In this document: positions 53,035 through 60,228 of the stretch, piece after piece
Position numbering within the stretch: position 1 is the stretch's first letter
Layout: each line of letters starts with the position of its first letter
IMG/VR virus record: IMGVR_UViG_3300045988_040927
Location: 1-60,467 of that record
DNA from: a virus
Direction: 5' to 3' (one strand)
Length of the DNA stretch: 60,467 nt
Program-made: the position numbers and the translations under genes
The notes under the pieces: model-generated
What the model was told of the DNA's origin: nothing
Seen by the model: only the letters and a program-made list of their open reading frames with translations
The model's database searches: none

Positions 53035-53740
53035 ATTCAAAAACACTATTACGCCTTCTGCTGAGCAATGGATGGCGATTATTCACGGCTTAAGAAATCC
53101 TATGAATAGTTGGGATAAATCAGATAGTAAAATGTATATAATAACAATGAACGCTGAAGGATGTCCCGAAAAACATAATTTTTTGATTGGGCCAAATGAC
53201 CGTGACCTCATGACTCGTCTTCGCAATGCTGGTATAGATCATCGTAAGTTCATGCGAATGATTACTGTATATGTTGATATTACTGCACCTTTATATTGGT
53301 GGAAAGAATTTGACACATATAAGGTTGGTACTGTTGCTAACTCTTGCTCAACTATGCACAAGATTCATGAGAAGGAATTTACGCTGGATGATTTTAGTTG
53401 TGAGCATCTGATCGATGTGACTACTTCCAAAGATAACGAGTCTGTATATTTGGACGGCATATATCATACGTCACGTGGGGTTCTCCTAAATATACTTGAA
53501 TGTCTGAATCATTTCAGAAAACTGTATCTCTTAACTAAAGACAAAAAATACTGGTGGCAGATGATCCAGCTTCTTCCTAGCAGCTATAATCAGCGTCGAA
53601 CCGTCATGCTTAATTACGAGGTTTTGGCTAACATCTATAAGTCTCGTAAGAACCATAAATTAGACGAATGGTCTGTTGGATTTATGGAGTGGATTGAGAG
53701 TCTGCCGTATTCTGAGTTGATCATCGGAAAGGATGAATGA
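53027..53740 (+). CDS. Hypothetical conserved protein
   Basis: ATG 53027 follows AAAGGAG (237 aa). See the rejected ThyX idea. Confidence 0.55.
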   Translation: MIKFKNTITPSAEQWMAIIHGLRNPMNSWDKSDSKMYIITMNAEGCPEKHNFLIGPNDRDLMTRLRNAGIDHRKFMRMITVYVDITAPLYWWKEFDTYKVGTVANSCSTMHKIHEKEFTLDDFSCEHLIDVTTSKDNESVYLDGIYHTSRGVLLNILECLNHFRKLYLLTKDKKYWWQMIQLLPSSYNQRRTVMLNYEVLANIYKSRKNHKLDEWSVGFMEWIESLPYSELIIGKDE

Positions 53741-53919
53741 GACAAATGAATAGCTTCTCATACACCTCGACCAACACACCAAAAATTCCATTACGATGCA
53801 AGATTAAACATCAGTTTATATTTAAGCCTGCAAACGAACATTGTGAATGGGGATTGGAGTATCCTCACGAGATATCTCTATGCTTCGCTTGCCCGCATTT
53901 TATTAAGGAGGGATTTTAA
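53737..53919 (+). CDS. Small Cys-rich protein
   Basis: 60 aa with an ATGA overlap with the upstream gene. Confidence 0.45.
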   Translation: MRQMNSFSYTSTNTPKIPLRCKIKHQFIFKPANEHCEWGLEYPHEISLCFACPHFIKEGF

Positions 53920-53989
53920 TGGAATGTGTTTGATATTTTTGTACGTCTATAAACCAACATACATATGTAATTGATGAAAGGAAACAATT

Positions 53990-54751
53990 ATGAAATTTAA
54001 TGAATGGGTAAAAACCTACAACGGAAAGAAAACAGACTTTGACGGAGCTTATGGTGTACAGTGTGTAGACCTTGCAAACTGCTTCATCAACAAATGCCTT
54101 GGACTTAAGATTGGCTTCTGGCCTAAATATGCTAAACAGTTCTGGACTGAGAGAAACAGCAGTGCTTGGCTTAAAAAGAACTTTGACTTCGTAACATGCC
54201 ACTATAAAGACGGTGAACTTAAGGCCGGCGATATCGGTGTGAGAACCTCTGGAACAGCTGGCCATATTTTCATCGTAGCTGAACCTACCAAGGGCGGTAA
54301 GATCAAATACTATGATCAGAACGCTGGCGGTAACGGTGAAGGCATGACTCTCAGAACTAAGCAATATTCTCAGTTTGTAATTACTGGCGTACTGAGGCCA
54401 AAGGATCGTAAGAACCTTCCGTCAGATACTAAGAAGACTGAGACAAAGAAGTCAGACAGCTCAAAGAAGACCGAAACCAAAAAGACCTCCACATACAAAG
54501 TTGGTGGCACTTATACTTTGCTCTTTGACGTTAAAGTACGTAAAGGTGCCGGTACTAACTTCGGTCAAAAGCTTCGTCCACAGCTCACTGCTAACGGTAA
54601 AAAGAATGCCAAAGCTGGTCTTTATGCTGTTCTTAAGAAGGGTACAAAGGTTACAGCAGTCTCTGTAAAGAAAAAAACAGACGAGATTTGGCTTGAAATT
54701 CCGTCCGGTTGGGTATGTGCTGTCTTGAAAAAAAAGACATTTATTAAGTAA
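53990..54751 (+). CDS. Endolysin: N-terminal CHAP peptidase/amidase + K/T-rich linker + C-terminal SH3b binding domain
   Basis: CHAP catalytic context: FDGAYGVQCVDLAN (Cys) and GTAGHIFIV (His). The C-terminal YKVGGTYTLLFDVKVRKGAG...WLEIPSGWV is SH3b-like. Confidence 0.85.
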   Translation: MKFNEWVKTYNGKKTDFDGAYGVQCVDLANCFINKCLGLKIGFWPKYAKQFWTERNSSAWLKKNFDFVTCHYKDGELKAGDIGVRTSGTAGHIFIVAEPTKGGKIKYYDQNAGGNGEGMTLRTKQYSQFVITGVLRPKDRKNLPSDTKKTETKKSDSSKKTETKKTSTYKVGGTYTLLFDVKVRKGAGTNFGQKLRPQLTANGKKNAKAGLYAVLKKGTKVTAVSVKKKTDEIWLEIPSGWVCAVLKKKTFIK

Positions 54752-54922
54752 TTTTGGCAATTCTGTGCCCACTTTTGGGTTTAAAAATCCGGGCTTTGCC
54801 CACTTTTAATTTGGCCACGACTATTTGGTAATGATATTTTGCTGACAAAAATGGCCATTTGCCCACTTTCTGCCCAAGTTTGAGAGATAAAAGTGGGCTT
54901 GAAACGGTCCTAATTTGGCCTG

Positions 54923-54987
54923 ATTTATACAATATCTTGTATATTTTGGGCTAAAATTGGGCTATTTATACAATATCTTGTATATTT
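54923..54987. repeat. Two 24-bp direct repeats ATTTATACAATATCTTGTATATTT (54923-54946 and 54964-54987)
   Basis: Exact copies 41 bp apart. Each contains the inverted repeat TATACAA-TATC-TTGTATA. Confidence 0.85.
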
Positions 54988-55039
54988 GAGTGCTCTCTGC
55001 CCACTTGCCCACTTTTTTTCTTTAATTCTTTAAAAAATA

Positions 55040-55069
55040 ATAAATTATAGTAAATATACTATAATTTAT
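55040..55069. repeat. AT-rich palindrome with 13-bp arms
   Basis: ATAAATTATAGTA-aata-TACTATAATTTAT. Confidence 0.8.
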
Positions 55070-55147
55070 AAAAATAAAAGAATAGGGCCGATAAAAGTGG
55101 GCTTTTGGCCACAAGCATATTCTTGACTAAGAAAGGAGTAAAAGCTT

Positions 55148-55552
55148 ATGGAAGTTATGGACGAACGTCTGTATACGAACTTTAAACAATATTTTCCCTT
55201 GTTTGCAGAAGATGCTGTTAGTTTCACTACAAGTAATATTCCATGCGAGTTGATAGTAAAGTTGACGGACGGTAGTTTTATATTGTATGACGATGTTGAC
55301 CGAACAATTAGAAATCTTCCAGATGATCCACACGAATTATCTAAAGAAGAATGTACTAAAGAGTTTAGTTATCGTCTAAGAAAAATGATGCAAATCAAAG
55401 GCGTTACACAGCAAGAGCTATCTAAACGAACAGGAATAGCTCAATCAAATATTAGCTGTTATGTAAGAGGTACTAATAGTCCATCTTTTTATGTCATTGA
55501 TAAAATTGCAAAAGCACTAGACTGTTCAATAGATCAGTTTAGATATTATTAA
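55148..55552 (+). CDS. XRE-family HTH protein with an extra N-terminal domain
   Basis: RLRKMMQIKGVTQQELSKRTGIAQSNISCYVRG. It lies immediately downstream of the iteron-rich region. Confidence 0.7.
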   Translation: MEVMDERLYTNFKQYFPLFAEDAVSFTTSNIPCELIVKLTDGSFILYDDVDRTIRNLPDDPHELSKEECTKEFSYRLRKMMQIKGVTQQELSKRTGIAQSNISCYVRGTNSPSFYVIDKIAKALDCSIDQFRYY

Positions 55553-55568
55553 AAAGGAGTAATCACAA

Positions 55569-55793
55569 ATGACACATATGCGTATAGTTAACTTTGATCG
55601 TACAGCACGTATCGAACAATTAAAAGCATGTGCTGAAACTATTATTAAAAATGCTGAGAGCATTATTGGTGATGAACATTATGCAGGAGATATGTCAGTA
55701 TCAATTATTTTAAAAGCTGATGCGTTTCCAAGCATAAAAGTTGATAAAGATATCTATCCGGATAGACTTGAAGAAATTTGTAGCATCAAGTAA
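55569..55793 (+). CDS. Hypothetical protein
   Basis: 74 aa with an AAAGGAG SD. Confidence 0.5.
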   Translation: MTHMRIVNFDRTARIEQLKACAETIIKNAESIIGDEHYAGDMSVSIILKADAFPSIKVDKDIYPDRLEEICSIK

Positions 55794-55813
55794 CAATCTC
55801 TATTTTTTAGCTT

Positions 55814-55840
55814 CGCGAAAAAAACATGCCCTTTTATGGA
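55814..55840 (+). promoter_or_regulatory. 27-bp conserved motif, copy 14 (upstream of the nuclease-RNA polymerase operon)
   Basis: CGCGAAAAAAACATGCCCTTTTATGGA. A 129-nt leader with two hairpin/T-run elements separates it from ATG 55970. Confidence 0.55.
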
Positions 55841-55880
55841 GAGAGAAGTAAAATATCTGCTTTCTCTTTTTATTTTTATA
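55841..55880 (+). terminator. Leader hairpin 1 plus T-run (attenuator-like)
   Basis: GAGAGAAG...CTTTCTCT followed by TTTTTATTTTTAT, directly after motif copy 14. Confidence 0.5.
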
Positions 55881-55886
55881 AACATA

Positions 55887-55947
55887 GTCTTAGATAGTAG
55901 AGCTCCCACCATAAGGGATGTCTTGAGGTCTAAGGCTTTTTATTTTT
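55887..55947 (+). terminator. Leader hairpin 2 plus T-run (attenuator-like)
   Basis: GTCTTAGA...TCTAAGGC enclose ~34 nt. TTTTTATTTTT follows, ending 4 nt before the SD of the VRR-NUC gene. Confidence 0.5.
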
Positions 55948-55969
55948 GAAGAAAGGAGGCTCATTGTTA

Positions 55970-56275
55970 ATGGCCAGAAGTTCTAGACTGGAAAGCGGTT
56001 TTCAAGACAAGCTTATAAAAGATCTAAAAACTATATTTCCAGGTTGCATGATTTTCAAGATGGACCAAATTCAGGGTATTCCTGATTTACTCGTTTTGTA
56101 TAAAGATAAGTGGGCCTCTTTGGAATGTAAAAAATTCGCGAACGCTAGGAAACGTCCAAACCAAGAATATTATGTGGACCTGATGAACAAGATGTCATTT
56201 TCTCGTATCATCTATCCTGAAAATAAAGCGGAGGTATTACATGAACTTCAACAATCATTCAATGCTCGAAGGTAA
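55970..56275 (+). CDS. VRR-NUC domain nuclease
   Basis: ATG 55970 follows AAAGGAGG. GIPDLLVLYKDKWASLECKK is the PD-(D/E)XK core of VRR-NUC. Confidence 0.7.
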   Translation: MARSSRLESGFQDKLIKDLKTIFPGCMIFKMDQIQGIPDLLVLYKDKWASLECKKFANARKRPNQEYYVDLMNKMSFSRIIYPENKAEVLHELQQSFNARR

Positions 56276-56798
56276 ACATGCATTTTTAGGAGCTAGCAAA
56301 TATCATTGGATCAACTACGATGCTGATAAAGTAGCTGATTCGTATTCTAAGTTTCTCGCTGTTCAAAGAGGAACAGAATTACATGACTTTGCAGCTCAAT
56401 GTATTAAACTTGGGCAAAAACTTCCAAAGTCTAAAAAGACTTTAAATATGTATGTGAATGATGCAATCGGCTTTAAGATGACACCAGAGCAAGTCTTATA
56501 TTATTCAGAGAATTGTTTTGGTACAGCCGATTCTATTTCTTTTAGAAATGGTTTGCTAAGAATTCATGATTTAAAGACTGGCGTAATACCAGCACACATG
56601 GAGCAGCTTATGATCTACGCTGCTCTTTTTTGTTTGGAATATAAAGTTAAACCGTCTGAAATTGATATGGAGCTTAGGCTCTATCAATCGGACAATGTTT
56701 TATATCATAATCCAACAGCTGAAGATATTGTTCCTATCATTGATAAGATTATATCTTTTGACAAGATTATAACAAATATTAAATTAAGGGAGGGTTGA
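56241..56798 (+). CDS. PD-(D/E)XK-type nuclease (RecB/Cas4-like fold, no Cys cluster seen)
   Basis: GTADSISF...LLRIHDLKTG gives a D...D-x-K arrangement. It overlaps the VRR-NUC gene by 35 nt. Confidence 0.5.
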   Translation: MNFNNHSMLEGKHAFLGASKYHWINYDADKVADSYSKFLAVQRGTELHDFAAQCIKLGQKLPKSKKTLNMYVNDAIGFKMTPEQVLYYSENCFGTADSISFRNGLLRIHDLKTGVIPAHMEQLMIYAALFCLEYKVKPSEIDMELRLYQSDNVLYHNPTAEDIVPIIDKIISFDKIITNIKLREG

Positions 56799-56802
56799 TC
56801 CT

Positions 56803-59577
56803 ATGAATCCTGTTGCTGAAGATATTCTATCCTATTATGGATGCGGTTCTGATGAAGAATCATTAGAACACTACGGAACGCCAAAGCGTTCTGGTAGATA
56901 TCCTTGGGGTTCAGGAGAAAACCCTTATCAGCATAGCGGCGATTTTCTTAGTAGAGCTGAAACTTTAAAAAAGCAAGGTCTCAGTGAAACAGAAATCGCT
57001 AAGAGTATGGGTCTTACAACAACTCAGTTTAGAACTCAAAAATCATTGGCTAAAGATGAAAGAAGAGCTTTGGAAGTTGAGACTGCTAAAGGACTCAGAG
57101 CAAAAGGATATTCGTTAAATGAGATTGCAGAAAAGATGGGTTATAATAACGATTCATCTGTAAGATCATTACTTAATGAAGGTTCTGAAGCTCGTATGAA
57201 TCAAGCTAGGAAGACAGCTGATTTCCTTAAAGATCAGATCGATAAAAAAGGTATGATTGATGTCGGAACTGGTGTTGAGCGTGAACTCGGTATATCTAAA
57301 GAAAAGTTGAATCAAGCGTTGTATATTCTTGAGATGGAAGGATATCCGGTTTATGGCGGTGGCGTTCCACAAGCTACCAATCCTGGTAAGCAAACAAACC
57401 TTAAAGTTATTTGTCCACCTGGAACTAAGCATAAAGATATTTATGACTATGACAAGATTAATTCTGTCAGGGATTATATTTCTTACGATGATGGCGAGAC
57501 CTTTAAGAAGGGATTTGTATATCCTGAAAGCTTAAATTCAAAGCGTCTTAAGATTCGCTATGCCGAAGAAGGCGGTCTTCAAAAAGATGGCGTTGTCGAA
57601 CTAAGAAGAGGCGTAGACGATTTATCTTTAGGTAATGCACATTATGCTCAAGTTCGTATTATGGTTGACGGTAAGAAGTACATAAAAGGTATGGCTGTAT
57701 ATTCTGATGACATGCCTGATGGTGTAGATGTTATTTTTAATACTAATAAAAAACAAGGAACACCAATGGGTAAAGTTCTTAAGGATATTAAGGATGATCC
57801 TGACAATCCATTCGGTTCTCTTATTAAGGAACATGGCGGTCAAAGCTACTATATTGGTAAAGATGGCAAAGAACATCTGTCTCTTATTAATAAGCGAGCT
57901 GATGAATCCGACTGGAGCGAATGGAAGGATGCTATTCCATCTCAGTTCTTGTCTAAGCAAAACGTATCCTTAGCAAAGAGACAGTTGAACTTAGCAGAGT
58001 ATGACAAAGTATCTGAGTTTAAAGATATTTGTTCAATTAATAATCCTACTGTTAAGAAGAAATTGTTAGATACATTTGCTAATGATTGCGATTCAGCAGC
58101 TGTTCATTTACAGGCAGCGGCTTTACCTAGACAAAAGTATCATGTTATTTTACCAATGACATCAGCAAAGGATAATGAGATATATGCTCCTAACTATAAG
58201 AATGGTGAGCAAGTAGCTCTAGTTCGATATCCTCATGGTGGTACATTTGAGATTCCTATATTAACTGTTAATAATAAATTAGCCGAAGGCAAGAGCGTAA
58301 TAGGTAGAACTTCAAGTGATGCTGTAGGTATTAACAGTAAAGTAGCTGAAAGATTATCTGGCGCTGACTTTGATGGTGACACTGTTATGGTTATTCCAAC
58401 AGGAGGTAAGATTAAGATTACCTCTACACCAACATTAAAAGGTCTTAAAGGATTTGATCCTAAAGATAGTTACAGTGCTGATGAAGTAAAGGTTGACTCG
58501 CATGGTGTCGAACATTTTTATCGTAATGGTAAAGAGTATCGTCTGATGAGTGAGAAGTATAAACAGAAACAAATGGGTGTTGCTTCTAATCTCATTACAG
58601 ATATGACATTGAAAGGTGCAAAGCCAGATGAATTAGCTAAGGCTGTTCGTCATAGCATGGTTGTTATTGATGCAGCAAAACACAAGCTTGACTATAAGCA
58701 AAGTGAGATCGATAACGATATTGCTGCTTTAAGAAAGAAATACCAAGGTCATATTGGTTCAGATGGTAGATACCATGAAGGAGCATCAACTCTTATTTCT
58801 AGAGCCAAGTCAGAGACTCAAGTTCTTAAAAGAAAAGGCAGTCCTATGATTGATCCTAAGACTGGTAAGGTTTCATATAAGGAAGTACACGAGGAGTATA
58901 TTGATAAGAATGGTAAGGTACAGATACGTACCCAGAAGAGTACAAAGATGGCAGAGACTAATGATGCCCGCACTCTTATTTCTGATGCTGATACTCCTAT
59001 GGAACGCCTATATGCTGACTATGCTAATAAAATGAAGTCCTTAGGTAATCAGGCCCGTAAGGAAATGGTTAGTACAGGTAGGATTCCATATTCTTCTACG
59101 GCCAACGCTACATATAAAAAAGAAGTTGACCATTTAAAAGCACAACTAAATATAGCTTTAAAAAATGCTCCTAGAGAAAGGCAAGCCCAGGTTATGGCTA
59201 ACGCTATTGTTAAAGCTAAGAAACAAGATAATCCTGACATGACTAAAGAAGAGCAAAAGAAAATAGGTCAACGAGCTTTAACCGCATCTAGAAATAAAGT
59301 TGGCGCTAAACGAGTATCAATTGAGATCTCTGATAAGGAATGGGAAGCTATTCAAGCAGGTGCTGTTAGCGAAAATATACTTAAAAAGATACTAGATAAT
59401 ACTGATATAGATAAGATTAGAGAAAGAGCTACACCTCGTTCTACTACATCTATCAGTACAGCTAAAGCTAATAAGATCAGTACCATGAAAGCTTCCGGTC
59501 ATACAACAGCAGAGATAGCACAAGCTCTTGGCCTATCAACATCGACTGTATCAAAGTACTTAAACGGAAAGGCGTGA
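56803..59577 (+). CDS. Single-polypeptide two-barrel (YonO-like) RNA polymerase with three fused HTH modules
   Basis: - A beta-like DPBB signature DGKKYIKGMAVYSDDMPDGVDVIFNTN at nt 57667-57747.
- A beta-prime-like VALVRYPHGG...SGADFDGDTVMVIP, with ADFDGD at nt 58363-58380.
- HTH-like repeats GLSETEIAKSMGL, GYSLNEIAEKMGY and GHTTAEIAQALGL. Confidence 0.7.
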   Translation: MNPVAEDILSYYGCGSDEESLEHYGTPKRSGRYPWGSGENPYQHSGDFLSRAETLKKQGLSETEIAKSMGLTTTQFRTQKSLAKDERRALEVETAKGLRAKGYSLNEIAEKMGYNNDSSVRSLLNEGSEARMNQARKTADFLKDQIDKKGMIDVGTGVERELGISKEKLNQALYILEMEGYPVYGGGVPQATNPGKQTNLKVICPPGTKHKDIYDYDKINSVRDYISYDDGETFKKGFVYPESLNSKRLKIRYAEEGGLQKDGVVELRRGVDDLSLGNAHYAQVRIMVDGKKYIKGMAVYSDDMPDGVDVIFNTNKKQGTPMGKVLKDIKDDPDNPFGSLIKEHGGQSYYIGKDGKEHLSLINKRADESDWSEWKDAIPSQFLSKQNVSLAKRQLNLAEYDKVSEFKDICSINNPTVKKKLLDTFANDCDSAAVHLQAAALPRQKYHVILPMTSAKDNEIYAPNYKNGEQVALVRYPHGGTFEIPILTVNNKLAEGKSVIGRTSSDAVGINSKVAERLSGADFDGDTVMVIPTGGKIKITSTPTLKGLKGFDPKDSYSADEVKVDSHGVEHFYRNGKEYRLMSEKYKQKQMGVASNLITDMTLKGAKPDELAKAVRHSMVVIDAAKHKLDYKQSEIDNDIAALRKKYQGHIGSDGRYHEGASTLISRAKSETQVLKRKGSPMIDPKTGKVSYKEVHEEYIDKNGKVQIRTQKSTKMAETNDARTLISDADTPMERLYADYANKMKSLGNQARKEMVSTGRIPYSSTANATYKKEVDHLKAQLNIALKNAPRERQAQVMANAIVKAKKQDNPDMTKEEQKKIGQRALTASRNKVGAKRVSIEISDKEWEAIQAGAVSENILKKILDNTDIDKIRERATPRSTTSISTAKANKISTMKASGHTTAEIAQALGLSTSTVSKYLNGKA

Positions 59578-59584
59578 ATCGACA

Positions 59585-59830
59585 ATGACGAATGAATGTA
59601 TGTTAACAACAGTTGACAATCCTTTTGATCCTTTCACACAGTTTGATTTATGGTTTCTGTTTGATGTTGAGAAAGGTTACAACAGTTGTGCTTACTTAGA
59701 TAGAATTGCTAAAACATCTGATCAACTCTCTGACAAAGAGAATGAAGAAGAGATTGAAAGAGCAATTGATGAAATTATTAAATATGATTTCATGAACATT
59801 TACAAAAAAGTTAAAAAAGAAGCAGAATAA
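59585..59830 (+). CDS. Hypothetical conserved phage protein
   Basis: 81 aa. The TTVDNPFDPF..FD.W..FD..KGY pattern recurs in Firmicutes phages (from memory). Confidence 0.5.
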   Translation: MTNECMLTTVDNPFDPFTQFDLWFLFDVEKGYNSCAYLDRIAKTSDQLSDKENEEEIERAIDEIIKYDFMNIYKKVKKEAE

Positions 59831-59904
59831 TTCAAATATTTTTGATTAAATTTGTTTCAAAAGCGATGAAAACTGAAAATAAAATTTTAAAAAATATTTT
59901 TAGG

Positions 59905-60060
59905 ATAGTGGGGGGTCTCCGAAAATCGCACCCCCTACCCACATCGCGGCGGCCCTCAAAAATTCTCCGGGGGAAAATTTGAGGAAACCATTTATATTTT
60001 GGCCGGGTGTTTCGCCTCGGCCTATTTCTCTATACAGCATTTAAGAGGGACCACGAGGCT
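59905..60060. other. GC-rich structured non-coding island (candidate cos/packaging site or structured RNA)
   Basis: Hairpins GGGGGGT...ACCCCCT (59909-59937), CCTCAAA...TTTGAGG (59954-59983) and GGCCG...CGGCC (60001-60022). By eye the GC content is far above the genome background. Confidence 0.35.
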
Positions 60061-60189
60061 ATTTATATTTCCCTATACGTGTTTTGTTGCTTTCGTTTTC
60101 ATAAGTCCGCTGTGGTTACTCCATTTACAATTTACTCCTTTCGGTAAAAGTATTCTAATAGTTTCGTGAGTCCTTTTAAATGCTGTATA
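60031..60189. repeat. 14-bp inverted repeat TATACAGCATTTAA / TTAAATGCTGTATA separated by 131 bp
   Basis: The arms are at 60031-60044 and 60176-60189, just upstream of ATG 60229. Confidence 0.75.
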
Positions 60190-60228
60190 AAAGTATATTT
60201 AAATTTATTAAGAAAGGGTGAAAACTAA

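Larger units (their letters stand above)
54752..55147. promoter_or_regulatory. Iteron-rich, AT-rich non-coding region (candidate replication origin or regulator array)
   Basis: - GCCCACTT(T) boxes at 54767, 54798, 54861, 54999 and 55007 (direct) and at 54889 and 55093 (inverted), plus GCCCA-core variants.
- TAATTTGGCC occurs twice.
- Two 24-bp direct repeats and a 13-bp-arm palindrome are also present. Confidence 0.5.

Noticed and set aside
53027-53740. A ThyX-like (flavin-dependent thymidylate synthase) assignment, because of the segment ITAPLYWWKEFDTYKVGTVANSCSTMH.
   Set aside because: The diagnostic RHRxxSxxxxSxRY motif is absent. The resemblance is only a vague impression, so the gene is left as hypothetical pending HHpred.
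53903-54364. A 153-aa - strand ORF overlapping the CHAP endolysin gene.
   Set aside because: It lies wholly antisense to a gene with clear catalytic motifs. It has no SD, and its composition is odd. It is spurious.
59905-60060. A tRNA or tmRNA in the GC-rich island.
   Set aside because: No cloverleaf can be drawn. There is no GTTCRANYC T-loop, and no acceptor stem pairing the two ends of a 70-90 nt segment.
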